From the NCBI GenBank assembly GCA_951406725.2, contig OX597824.1, forward strand, positions 24,304,001-24,368,000: a DNA stretch of 64,000 bases. The letters run 5' to 3'. Below, one piece after another: positions 14,424 through 26,521 of this stretch. Both the position numbers and the translations under genes were made by a program. A model generated the notes under the pieces. It had not been told where the DNA came from. It was given only the letters and a program-made list of their open reading frames with translations, and made no database searches. How positions within the stretch are numbered: the first letter of the stretch is position 1; every line of letters starts with the position of its first letter. This DNA comes from Octopus vulgaris. Lineage: Eukaryota.

Positions 14424-14996
14424 GGATCTCTTCGGTTTGAACGGCAGTTTTTATCATAATTTCTAGTTAACTAAACACTTTTAAACTTCGTATACTGGTA
14501 GAATGTGTTTATAAAACATCATTTTTCTGGGCTTTATTGAGAAAATTCTATAGTTTGTAAGATATTGGATCTTTTCCTTTTGAACGGCACTTTTCAACAC
14601 AATTTCTAGTTAACTAAACACTTTTAAACTTCGTATACTGATAGAATGTGTTTATAAAACATCTTTTTCTCTTGGCTTTATTGAGAAAATTCTATAGTTT
14701 GTAATATATTTGTTGTTTTTTTTCTTCAACTTCTGCAATTTCAACCAATCACTGACGTCTATTGAAGTAAAAAAAAATATTCTGTGCCGTATGAATATGT
14801 CCCTAGTTTAAGAAACAGATTGGGTTTATTTACATTTCTGAAGAAAAACAGATACCCTTCACCCCACCCCTAACCCTAACTAACCCTAACCCTAAAACAG
14901 ATTGAAATGCAATAGATCGATACTAGGGTCATAATTATGGGTGACAATTTCATATGACACCACTAGAAAAAACTGCCGTTCAAACCGAAAAGATCC
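14424..14996. mobile_element. Non-autonomous DNA transposon (MITE) with GG..CC termini and 8-bp TSD, possibly Merlin-like
   Basis: TIRs ggatctcttcggtttgaacggcagttttt / aaaaactgccgttcaaaccgaaaagatcc; TSD cttgactt at 14416-14423 and 14997-15004; nested in an old family K SINE (~14110-15090). Confidence 0.85.
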
Positions 14997-15697
14997 CTTG
15001 ACTTAACTAAACTATGCAGTAGTGAAGGTTTGTTCGGCTAAAAGCTTTCTAAGCGCTGCTATAGCATGGCCACAATCCAACGAATGAAAAAAAGGTTTTT
15101 AAAATACACACATGCACACTCGCACGTATTCATATATAACATTTTGCCATTCACATGTCTTTAGCTCAAGAACAAAACCACAAATCTCTCCGTAACACAT
15201 AAAAGTTTTATTGTTGTAAAATATAAAATAAGAAAGGAAAAGCAATACAACGAAGCGTTTAAGCTTTTCCTTGCATAGATTAAACTCCGTTCGAAGTTCA
15301 CATCAATCTTGACATTACTTGTCCACCAAAATGATAAAACGCACTTCTTGTTCATCTGATAAAATAACGAAAATGTTGCGTTTAAGCCGTACAATTACCT
15401 TCTCTCTGGACTCAGATATATATCATTGTTCTCGCAAACGAAGAAATACAGAATGTAGAAATTACTCTCTGATGTCAATACTAATTAATCTCTATGAGAA
15501 ATGTTCGATAATTACCTAAATTCTTGCCAACATAAAACTTCTAGATATCCAATACTTGGAAATAAAGTCGCTAATAATTAACTTTTATGTAGACAGCGGT
15601 TGTTCTTATGTGGACGATAATACAAGAGCTGGGAGAGTCATTAGCTGTAGAGAGAGAGGAGGGGAAGAAAGAGTGAAAGAGAAAAGAAAAGTGGGAG

Positions 15698-15739
<42 letters not shown>

Positions 15740-16784
15740 GAAGAGAAAGAGAGAGTATTAACTTCTCAGTGGTCGTGATGGTGTTGGTGTGGGGGTTGAT
15801 GGGAGGTCATATCATATTTAAATGAGATTTTATTTGAGACAGAATGCGTGCACAGCCTAGCAGTTACGAGTGTTCGATTCGTGATCGCTAGTTTGGGAGT
15901 TCAAGTCCTAGATCGGTGAGTGCGCGTTAAATCGTTGAGCAACGCGTATCATTTCACGTTGTTACAATGAACTAATCCAGGAGCTGGTATGCATCCCTCT
16001 CTCTCTCTCTCACTCTCTCTCTCTCTCTCTCTCCTTCTCTCTCTCTCTCTCCCTCTTTCTCTCTCTCCCTCTTTCCCTCTCTCTCTCTCTCTCTCTCTTT
16101 CTCACACATCCTAGATATCCTTTCTACTATAGGCACAAGGCCTGAAATTTGGTGAAGGAGATAATCGATTACATGATGCATACCGGTTTAAAATTTTGGC
16201 ACACGGTCAACAATTTCCAGTGAAGAAGAGGTAAGTCAATTACATCGACCTCAGTGCGCAACTGGTATTTATTTTATCGATCCCGAAAGGATGAAAGGCA
16301 AAGTCGACCTCGGTGGCATTTGAACACAGAAAGTAAAGACGGACGAAATGCCGCTAGGCATTTTGAAAGCCATGATACGAAGAGCACTTTAAATTGCATC
16401 GACAAGAGAGTAGCTTTGCCGAGCTAGAAATAACAGTTAAACCTCCCCGAAGCTACATGATATATGTGTGCACGCGCGGTCGTGTTTTTGTGCTTGCGTT
16501 CGCACCCTTTTACTATTTGCCAATCGGTGTTGGTTTTTTTACGTCCTCTTAACTTTGCATTTCAGCTAGAAAAAAAAATGGTCGATAGTATAAGTACCAG
16601 ACTTTCAAAGAAAAAAAAGGTCGGGGATTGATTTCTTCAACTAAACAAATTAAGGAGGTGCTCCAGTCAGGCCACAGTCCTATAGCTGAAACAAGTAAAA
16701 AGCGTTTAAGCAAAACGCATTTACCTTTAAATTCGAAAACATGTGTACATCTAAATCACATTTCAATAACAGGATTATTAAACA

Positions 16785-17181
16785 CTAGCAGTATCGCCCG
16801 GCGTTGCTCGGGTTTGTAAGGGAAATAACTATATAAGCATTTTTAGAGAGTTATAGCAAAAAAATAGCAAAAAAATGCATTAAAAATGGGAAAAAAATTA
16901 TAGTAAATTTTTTTTTAAATCGTTGACTCATCGTAGACATTTTTAGAGAGTTACTTCCCTTATATAATAGCGAAAAATGCATTAAAATGGAAAAAAATAA
17001 TGGTAAATTTTTTTTTTAATCGTAGACTCATCGTAGACGCGCGCTAATACCCAGAAGGGCTCGATATGAATCACGACTATAAGATTTCCGGTTTTGGTTA
17101 AACTGCACCGCAAAATGTGGGAGTAGTTAGGAATCTAAATCGTAGGAGACAGACACACAACCTTACTTTTATATATAAAGA
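16785..17181 (-). mobile_element. Non-autonomous Helitron, full length
   Basis: Minus strand 5' TCtttatatataaa ... hairpin cccgagcaacgccggg ... CTAG 3', inserted between A and T with no TSD. Confidence 0.85.
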
Positions 17182-17710
17182 TTAGTAATCCTGTGGCGGA
17201 TCGGCGTCCCGTCCAATTGGGGAATATATATGCCATGGAAACCTGGAAACCGGTCCTTATGTGTAAATATGACTCAAAAAGGTAATTTTACCTTTATTCC
17301 TTTTCTTTTTACTACTGTTTCCTACATATTTGTGTTAACAGTGAGATTCAATCACATTTAAGCGATATTTACAAATAATCTATAGAATTTAGGGCCAGCA
17401 CTTAAAAGTGGTTGACTCACACTGCTAACACAAAATGGTAGAAAATAGTATTGACTTATAAACCTTTAATAAACTCGTTAGTATATTATACCTGCTAAAC
17501 GAAATACGGTGCCCTACAAGCAATTAATATGCACGTACCAGTTGCCAGGAACATAGTTATTATTTAAAATTGTTATATCCAGTTATGTTCCACAGCAATA
17601 TTTGGTGGGCATTTAGCAATGTGGTACTGATGAAAGAGCAAAGAGTCCTGAAATACGTATATACACCCATTATTTATTTTCCCATCTTCGTGCACCTTGT
17701 TTACAGTAAT

Positions 17711-18089
17711 GTGGAGGCGCAACGGCCCAGTGGTTAGGGCAGCGGACTCGCGGTCATAGGATCGCGGTTTCGATTCCCAGACCGGGCGTTGTGAGTGTTT
17801 ATAGAGCGAAAACACCTAAAAGCTCCACGAGGCTCCGGCAGGGGGTGGTGGTGATCCCTGCTGTACTCTTTCACCACAACTTTCTCTCACTCTTACTTCC
17901 TGTTTCTGTTGTACCTGTATTTCAAGGGGCCGGCCTTGTCACTCTCTGAATATCCCCGAGAACTACGTTAAGGGTACACGTGTCTGTGGAGTGCTCAGCC
18001 ACTTACACGTTAATTTCACGAGCAGGCTATTCCGTTGATTCGGATCAACCGGAACCATCGTCGTCGTAACCGACGGAGTGCTTCCATCC
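17711..18089 (+). mobile_element. tRNA-derived SINE family R, full length
   Basis: Head ggcccagtggttagggcagcggactcgcggtc...ggtttcgattccc; partial copies at 27180 and 38755; flanked by a 52-bp direct repeat. Confidence 0.85.
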
Positions 18090-18634
18090 ATATACACCCA
18101 TTATTTATTTTCCCATATTCGTACACCTTGTTTACATTAATATATTTGTGTACGAAACGTTGTGACTTTCATAGTTAACTCTAAATTCAATAGAATTTCT
18201 GAAGAGAAAACATAAACGTGAATTCATTTTATTGCTCCTGGAAAAGATAAATGTAAAATTTCAAAACTATATAAAAGCGGGGGTTGGACACAAACAGGAA
18301 TCGACGTTACTGAATACCGTTTCTCCCGTCATTGCAATTCCACCCACAACAACAGCAGTTCCTGTTAGAGTGGCAACGACACGAAATATCTTAGCCCCCA
18401 GTCTACATAACTTTGTTTTCATGTCATTAATTGTGATGGCATATGACCAAAATTAATGTTGTTTAATGGAAAAAGAGAAAGTACGTTCAGTGTATATGCT
18501 GGAGATGTTTGTGTGTTTATGCATGTGACTGTGTGTGCGTGCGCGCGCGCGAGTGAAGATGAAACCGTGGAGGTGGATAGAATAATAATGAAACGTTATC
18601 ATTACAGAAATGACGCTTCATATTTATATATATA

Positions 18635-18860
18635 CTAGCAGTATCGCCCGGTGTTGCTCGGATTTGTAAGGGAAATAACTATATAAGCATTTTTAGAGAT
18701 GTAAAGTATAATAGCCATCTCAATATGGCTAACCACAAAGGGGTGTGTTACTGTAGCTTTTTACGTTCTGAGATTTAATAATACCTTTTTAGAGAGTTAC
18801 TTCCCTTATATATGCCAAAAATGCATTAAAAATGGGAAAAATTGATGGTAAATTTTTTTA
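18635..18860 (-). mobile_element. Helitron 3' fragment
   Basis: Same ctagcagtatcgcccgg terminus as the 16785 copy. Confidence 0.75.
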
Positions 18861-18920
18861 CGCATTGTGACCAGCGATGTGTAGCAACATCTGATAGCCT
18901 GGTCGGTCACAGTGATCACG

Positions 18921-18992
<72 letters not shown>

Positions 18993-19093
18993 GATATACA
19001 CATATATTTATACATATATACATATATATACACACATATATATATATACATTTATATATATACATACATATATATATACATATATATATACAT

Positions 19094-19795
19094 ACCATTT
19101 CATCAGATGCGAGTATCGACAAAGAAATTGACCTCAGACTTTCAAACAAAGCATTTGACAAACTGCATAAGCGTGTATGGAATAATAAGCATCTTAAGAT
19201 CAGCACTAAAGTCAGAATCTACAGGGCCGTCATCCTCGCGACGCTCCTATATTGCTCTGAGTCCTGGGTCCCCTACCGCTGTCATCTCAAGCTCCTTGGA
19301 CGTTTTCACCAACGCTGTCTTCCTGCCATCTTCAACATCTACTGGAGCGACTACATCACCAGCACTGTGGTCCTCAAGCGAGCAAAAGTCACCAGCCTGG
19401 AAAACCATTTTACTTGAGACACGGCTACGTTGGACAGGACACGCTGACATGATGAAAGACCACCGCCTAACCATGATCATCATGTACGGTGAGCTCACCA
19501 CTGGCCACCGCAATAGGGTGGGGCACCAAAGAAACGTTACAACGACTGCCTCTAGCAGTCCCTTAACGTTTATGACATTGATTATCGTGAGTGACCTACT
19601 CTAACAGCTGACCGCGCAGCTTGGCGCCATGCCATCCGTGTCAGAGGCGAGAAAATAATGCAGCCGGACAAGCATACCTCTATCGTCATTGCAATCGGAT
19701 ATGTCGATCTCACATCGATCTTATCAGCCATAAACGAGCGCGCAGCCGACACGGACAACAGCCTTCCTAATCCTCGACAGGGAAGCCAAGCCAAG
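19094..19795 (+). mobile_element. 5'-truncated RTE-clade LINE (post-RT C-terminal region), frameshifted
   Basis: [66 protein letters not shown], then a terminal RHCNRICRSHIDLISH zinc-knuckle-like motif. Confidence 0.9.
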
Positions 19796-19805
19796 ATATA
19801 TAGAA

Positions 19806-19873
<68 letters not shown>

Positions 19874-20038
19874 GTTATCGCCATACTAATATGGCATTCT
19901 TATAAAAATAAGAAAAAAAGCCCGCCGCTTATTAGCTCCATGAGGCCATCGCCTTAAGTTAGCTATTTGATACACAAACTGTATCCATATAACCTTCGAA
20001 CAAGGGAGGTCAGTCGCTCCACACTACTTGACCGGCAG

Positions 20039-20078
20039 CTACAGACGCGTTTCGGGGTATTGCCCCTTTTCAATGCAG
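20039..20078 (-). ncRNA. Type-I hammerhead ribozyme, U3-A8 variant (copy 1)
   Basis: CUGCA-UUGAAAA-GGGG(CAAUA)CCCC-GAAAC-GC-GUC|UGUAG; helix III palindrome ACGCGU. Confidence 0.75.
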
Positions 20079-20400
20079 CGTAGCCAGCCAGTAGGTGTCG
20101 CTTCCGACAATCTCTGTTCGATGGTTTTATTTACCTAGTTTCGGTGGAATACATCCACTTGTTTTCAATAATAGAAATATTAAAATAACTAAGTCTCTCT
20201 AAAAGAGAACAGCGGCAGCGTTCCCGGAAAATAATAGTTATCGCCATACTAATATGGCATTCTTATAAAAATAAGAAAAAAGCTGTCCGCTTATTAGCTC
20301 CATGAGGCCATCGCCTTAAGTTAGCTATTTGATACACAAACTGTATCCATATAACCTTCGAACAAGGGAGGTCAGTCGCTCCACACTACTTGACCGGCAG

Positions 20401-20440
20401 CTACAGACGCGTTTCGGGGTATTGCCCCTTTTCAATGCAG
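20401..20440 (-). ncRNA. Type-I hammerhead ribozyme, U3-A8 variant (copy 2)
   Basis: Identical to 20039-20078 and 362 nt away. Confidence 0.75.
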
Positions 20441-20690
20441 CGTAGCCAGCCAGTAGGTGTCGCTTCCGACAATCTCTGTTCGATGGTTTTATTTACCTAG
20501 TTTCGAAGGTTATATGGATACAGTTTGTGTATCAAATAGCTAACTTAAGGCGATGGCCTCATGGAGCTAATAAGCGGACAGCTTTTTTCTTATTTTTATA
20601 AGAATGCCATATTAGTATGGCGATAACTATTATTTTCCGGGAACGCTGCCGCTGTTCTCTTTTAGAGAGACTTAGTTATTTTAATATTTC

Positions 20691-20735
<45 letters not shown>

Positions 20736-20877
20736 TACACACATACATATATGCATATATATACATACACACATACACCCACCCACATATATATATATAT
20801 GTATACACATATATATATATACATGCATATATATATATATACATATATATACATATATATACACACATATCTCTCCT

Positions 20878-21061
20878 TTACTCGCTTTTACTTGTTTCAG
20901 CAATTTGACTGCGGCCATGCTGGAGCAACGCCTTTAGTCAAGCAAGTCGACCCCAGGACTTGTTCTTTGTAAGCCTAGCATCGGTTGTCAAGCGATGTTG
21001 GAGGACAAACACAGACACACACACATACACACACACACAAACACACACACAAACACACGCA

Positions 21062-21098
<37 letters not shown>

Positions 21099-21295
21099 GA
21101 ACATATATATATATATACACACATATATATGACTGGCTTCTTTCAGTTTCCGTCTACCAAATCCACTCACAAGGTTCTGGTCGGCCCGAGGCTACAGTAG
21201 AAGACATTTACCTAAGGTGCCACGCAGTGGGACTGAACCCGGAACCATGTGGTTGGTAAGCAGACTACTAACCACACAGCCACTCCTACGCCTAT
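20878..21295 (-). mobile_element. SINE family K
   Basis: Head, body and expanded internal (CA)n; internal deletion in the 3' half. Confidence 0.85.
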
Positions 21296-21318
21296 ATACT
21301 AATGCACACACACACACA

Positions 21319-21349
<31 letters not shown>

Positions 21350-21350
21350 C

Positions 21351-21413
21351 AGATAACCGAAGAGATGGTGTTGTGGATTTCCTCTTCGACATCTGAAACT
21401 CAGAGTTTTATCT
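21351..21413 (+). ncRNA. Hammerhead ribozyme motif (U4C core)
   Basis: AGAUAA-CCGAAGA-GAUG..CAUC-U-GAAAC-UCAGA-GUU|UUAUCU; perfect 6-bp stem I. Confidence 0.6.
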
Positions 21414-21525
21414 TGACTATTGAGTAATTGTAACATATTATTTTATAGATAAATTTCCTCTATTTACATAATATTGAGGTCTCTTTCTTTCTTTTGTTAT
21501 CTTACCGTTTTTACCAATATATATA

Positions 21526-21597
<72 letters not shown>

Positions 21598-21638
21598 GAA
21601 AGAATGGAGTTGAACGACGATTTAACAAAATCCCTTTA

Positions 21639-21721
21639 TTCTCGACATATGTTTCGAAGGCTGCATATTCCTAATTTCGAAGGAATAAGGGGTGCATTAT
21701 GCCGCCTTTTCATCAGGAAAA
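21639..21721 (-). ncRNA. Type-I hammerhead ribozyme with canonical core and extended stem II
   Basis: UUUUC-CUGAUGA-A-AAGGC...GCCUU-C-GAAAC-AUAU-GUC|GAGAA; inner hairpin UAUUCCU/AGGAAUA. Confidence 0.8.
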
Positions 21722-21811
21722 ACAAGGAACTTATGTCCGCATCAAGATGAACAAAAACTGAATTATCCATACTAAGATAATTCATTCAACTACTTAAATA
21801 TATATATATAC

Positions 21812-21844
<33 letters not shown>

Positions 21845-22079
21845 TGTATGTATGTATGTATCTATGTATGTATGTATTATGGTTCTATTAAGTCAGGCAT
21901 GGCCTGGACCAATCTTTGACCAAGGCATATCAGAATTATCTAAGATATATGTAAAACTGAATCTTTCAGAAGCTTTTAGTTGGATATTAGTGATATCCAA
22001 CAGAAACCATGGAAATAAATCTTCATCTCGACCTTGTGGATCTTAGTGAATGTGAAAAAGGAGTAGTGATCAGTGTGTG

Positions 22080-22139
<60 letters not shown>

Positions 22140-22245
22140 CGTGTGTGATTGAGATAGACTGAAAGACCAACAGAACTACGACATGTGATCATCTCCCACT
22201 TCACTCCCGTGACAGCCGTGTACAATAATAAATATCATAATCACC

Positions 22246-22277
<32 letters not shown>

Positions 22278-23610
22278 CGTTGTAGTCGTCATCATCATCA
22301 CCATCATCAATATCATCGTCGTCACCGTAGTAAATCATCATCATCGTCTTTGTTATCGTTGTCTCATCGCCGATAACCACTTCTATTTTCGGAAGGAGGG
22401 CACTCGACAAAGGAAGGCAGGTATGTTGTGCACCCGACATTAACCAGTTCCCGCTTTTCGTCGCTTCTTTTCCATTCGTGTGTGAGATAGCAATTATATG
22501 ATCTTGATCTCATATACCTTTCCCTCTTTCTTTCCTTCTTTCTTTCTATCTATCTCTGTGTTGTTCTTTCCCTTTTCCTCTCTCTCTCTCTCTCTATCCC
22601 GCTAACTTTCTCAGTCTATCTGTCTCTCTCTCTCTCTTGTTCATGCTCTCTGGCTCTCTCCCTCTCTCGTCTGTTATCTCTCTCGTCCGTTCACCCCTAC
22701 TCTCTCTTTCTTTCAGTCCCTTTCCCCATTTTCTTTTTCTCCAACTCATGCTCTTTGGATCTCTCCCTCTCTCTGCCGCTCAGGCTATCTGGCTCTCTCT
22801 CTCCTGCCCACTCTCTCTCTCTCCCTCTCACTGCCGCTCATGCTATCTGACTCTCTCCTGCTCACACATTCTCTCTCTCTCTCTCTGTCTATTTCTCTCT
22901 CCCGTTCACTCTCTCTCTCTCTCTTTCTGTCCCTCTCTGTCCATCTCCCCACTCCCATTCTCTCTCTCTCAGTCCCCTCCACCAACACCACCATCACAAA
23001 CCATCACACACCACAAACACACAAACACACGCACGGGCTGTAGCTGAGGAGATTATGCAAACTCAGCCTATCAGTTTCAGATATTGTCAAAGTGATTTGT
23101 CATCTCCAGTATTGATGAGTTTGCAAAAAGGTTTTAAAGAAACAAAAGGGCGACGTGAAGAAGAAAGAAAGACAGAGGATAATTCAACTAAAATGGGCGA
23201 AGTCATGAAGCGTTGTTAAACCTCGTTTTATATTGTAATTTTATCTTTTTATCATTTACTTGTTTTAGTTATTGGAACGTCGCCATGATGGGGCCACTGC
23301 CCATGAAAGGTTTTTAGACGAACAGATCGATCGTTGCAAATCTCTAACATATTTTATCGGTCCGTTTTTGCCAAACAGCAACGTAAGCAAGTCGTAACCG
23401 GTTGTAAAGTGGTGGAAGGGTGAACGTAAATGTGAATGAGCACACAGACTTACAGATACAGAAATACACACGTATATAATTATATATAGAGAGAGGGGGA
23501 AAGTGGGAGAGAGTGGGAGAGAGTAGGAGATAGACGAGCGAGAAAGGGAAAGAGAGAGAGGGGGAAGAAAGAGAGAAAGAAGAAGAAACAGAGAGCGAGT
23601 GAGAGAGACT

Positions 23611-23654
<44 letters not shown>

Positions 23655-23723
23655 CAATGTCATAACGCCTGAAGAAATGGACGCATGTAAAAAGACCCAC
23701 CTGATGTCCATAGATATTACAGA

Positions 23724-23949
23724 AGGGAAGGCGGCGAGCTGGCAGAAACGTTAGCACACCGGGCGAAATGCTTATGGGTATTTCTTCTGTCGTTACGTTT
23801 TGAGTTCAAATTCCGCCGAGGTCGACTTTGCCTTTCGTCCTTTCGAGGTCGATAAATTAAGTACCAGTTACGCACTGGGGTTGATGTAATCGACTTAATC
23901 CGTTTGTCTGTCCTTGTTTGCCTCCTCTATGTTTAGCAATAAAGAAATA
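23724..23949 (+). mobile_element. SINE family M with 12-bp TSD
   Basis: TSD agatattacaga at 23712-23723 and 23950-23961; inserted into a (TA)n-flanked repeat (~23650-24080). Confidence 0.85.
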
Positions 23950-23971
23950 AGATATTACAGACGGTATTGTA

Positions 23972-24021
23972 ATCACTATGGTCACAAAAAGCATGTAATT
24001 TGTGGAAACGCGTGTAGTGAT
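23972..24021 (+). ncRNA. Degenerate hammerhead remnant (CUGANGA box destroyed)
   Basis: Stem I AUCAC/GUGAU, stem II CACAAA/UUUGUG and GAAAC-GCGU-GUA are intact, but the 5' core reads UAUGGU. Confidence 0.4.
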
Positions 24022-24073
24022 ACTTTAAAGTATTTATATATTCCATCCATGGATTATAATTATTATTACCTTA

Positions 24074-24106
<33 letters not shown>

Positions 24107-24110
<4 letters not shown>

Positions 24111-24266
24111 AGTGGCTGTGTGGTAAGTAGCTTGCTAACCAACTACATGGTTCCGGGTTCAGTCCCACTGCGTGGCACCTTGGGCAAGTGTCTTCTACTA
24201 TAGCCTCGGGCCGACCAATGCCTTGTGAGTGGATTTGGTAGACGGAAACTGAAAGAAGCCTGTCGT
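24107..24266 (+). mobile_element. SINE family K, 5' half
   Basis: ggagtggctgtgtggtaagtagc...ccttgggcaagtgtc...gaaagaagcc. Confidence 0.85.
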
Positions 24267-24353
24267 ATATATGTATATATATATATATATATATGTATAT
24301 ATACGCACACAAATAAATATATATATACTTACAGACATATAAATACAGTGTAA

Positions 24354-24643
24354 ATTTAAACACAAAAGAGGTATCCATCATAGGACTAACTGCACGCTAG
24401 GGAGAACAGTTAAATTCCAAACCACCATTAGGGATAAAAGGTGTACCTGCTGAAGAGGGCTTCGCCTAGCAAATTATATAATTTGCTAAAAAAAAAGTCT
24501 GAAACCATTGGCCCAGGAGTTAGATGCCAAATGCTTTTATTTTTCGTTCCATTCGAAATTTTTCCCTAATAGTAGTTTGGAATTTAACTGTTCTCTCTAG
24601 CGTGCAGGTAGTCCTATGATGGATATCTCTTTTATGTTTAAAT
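24354..24643 (+). mobile_element. Fold-back PLE-like terminal repeat (~80-bp inverted arms) enclosing an HHR motif at 24446-24517
   Basis: 24354-24434 vs reverse complement 24563-24643; CCUG-CUGAAGA-GGGCU..AGUCU-GAAACC-AUU-GGCC|CAGG (U16.1 mutated to C). Confidence 0.7.
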
Positions 24644-24646
24644 ATA

Positions 24647-24863
24647 CTCTTTTTACTCTTTTACTCTTTTACTTGTTTCAGTCATTTGACTCGGCCATGC
24701 TGGAGCACCGCCTTTAGTCGAGCAAATCGACCCCGGGACTTATTCTTAGTAAGCCCAGTACTTATTCTATCGGTCTCTTTTGCCGAACCGCTAAGTGACG
24801 GGGACGTAAACACACCAGCATCGGTTGTCAAGCAATGCTAGGGGGACAAACACAGACACACTA

Positions 24864-24915
<52 letters not shown>

Positions 24916-25080
24916 GACGGGCTTCTTTCAGTTTCCGTCTACCAAATCCACTCACAAGGCTTTGGTCGGCCCGAGGCTATAGCAGAAGACACTTGCCCAA
25001 GATGCCGCGCAGTGGGACCGAACCCGGAACCATGTGGTTGGTTAGCAAGCTACTTACCATACAGCCACTCCTGCGCCTAT
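24647..25080 (-). mobile_element. SINE family K, full length
   Basis: Near-identical to 12675-13080. Confidence 0.9.
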
Positions 25081-26237
25081 GTATTTATATGAATAATATA
25101 TAGTCTGTTGACTAAATTCTTTACACGTTAGGCCACTGGTAATGGAAATTTTTAATATTTCTGATTATCCTTTGATATTATTACTTACTGACATATATAT
25201 ATATATACACAACGCATACATGCACACACATATATATGTATACACTTACACAACACACACATGCACACACATACGGACATACATACATATATGTATGCAC
25301 ACACATACAACACAAACATGCACACATGCATACATACATACATACATACATACATACATACATACATACATGCATGCATGCATGCATACATACATGTATT
25401 AGGGCGTAAAGACGGACGAAATGCCGCTAAGCATTTTGTCCGGCGTGCTACGCACACTTCGATTAAGTAGATAACGGTTTCAAATTTTGGCACAGGGCCA
25501 GCAATTTTAGGGAAAAACGTTAGTCGATTACATCGTCATTAGTTTGTGATTAGTACATTATTTTATCGAACTTGCTAGGATGAAATGCTAAGTCGAACTT
25601 GGCAGTATTTGAACTCAGCACGTTAAGCCGGAAGAAATCCCGCTAAGTATTTCGTCCGGCATGCTACATATAGTATGAAGTAGTTCCAGATATACAAAAA
25701 AAATGCTGGGATGGTTACGGCTGGATCGCCTCTGATGCAGGTCTATACAGAGTTGAGCTGAAGTAAAACAGTAACAACAACAACAACAACAGCAGCAGCA
25801 ACAACCGCAACGACTATAAAGGAAGAGTCGAGTTGAAATCGCACTTATACAACAATGGCTGTACTATAGTTTCTCGTCAAATATAGATTTCTAACAGATC
25901 TCTGTTTTCTCCTCGCCCCGAGTGGATTAGGTATATAATGAAAAATAGATATTTTAAATAGACAATACCCTCCAAATACTCATTCATATTACTTTGTAGA
26001 CAGACACTCAGAATATACAACTTGCCTTTATTTTCTCTTCAAAAACGCTTCAATAAAAGTTTTTAAAATATCATGTTTAACGATAAACAACTTCACAACA
26101 ACCGGAAATATATTAAAATATATTTAAGTTGATTCTGAGTGTTAATTATAATGAATTCTATTGCGAATATTATTTATTTTACCAAGTAATAATATACTCA
26201 TGAAATTCGTGGAAATTTCAATATTTTTGAAACGCAA

Positions 26238-26521
26238 AGCGGCGAGTAGATCGTATCGTTAGCACGCCTGGTAAATTGTATAGCGGCATTTCGTCTGTTT
26301 TTATGTTCTGAGTTCGAATTCCGCCGAAGTCAACTTTGCCTTTCATCCTTTCGGGGTCGATAAATTAAGTACCAGTTACGCACTGGGGTCGATGTAATCG
26401 ACTTAATCCGTTTGTCTGTCCTTGTTTGTCCTCTCTGTGTTTAGCCCCTTGTGGGTAGTAAAGAAATAGGTATTTCGTCTGCCGCTACGTTCTGAGTTCA
26501 AATTCCGCCGAGGTCGACTTT
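26238..26521 (+). mobile_element. SINE family M, second unit truncated
   Basis: Body unit repeats from ~26470 and stops abruptly at gtcgacttt. Confidence 0.8.

Larger units (their letters stand above)
19868..20696 (-). mobile_element. Non-coding PLE-like/retrozyme-like element: ~363-bp unit in partial tandem plus a 195-bp inverted copy, within (TA)n
   Basis: Unit repeats at 19871 and 20234; 20502-20696 is the reverse complement of 20168-20362; each direct unit carries an HHR. Confidence 0.85.

Noticed and set aside
17711-17790. tRNA genes at SINE heads (also 28371, 53626)
   Set aside because: A and B boxes are present but acceptor stems do not close and the sequence continues into SINE or repeat bodies.
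22381-22426. Possible exon ending at the donor CAG|GTATGT
   Set aside because: No acceptor or credible reading frame upstream, only a (CAT)n tract.
23668-23723. CUGAAGA plus AUGGAC/GUCCAU stem as a further hammerhead
   Set aside because: GAAA box reads GAUA and no stem I partner was found even after removing the SINE.
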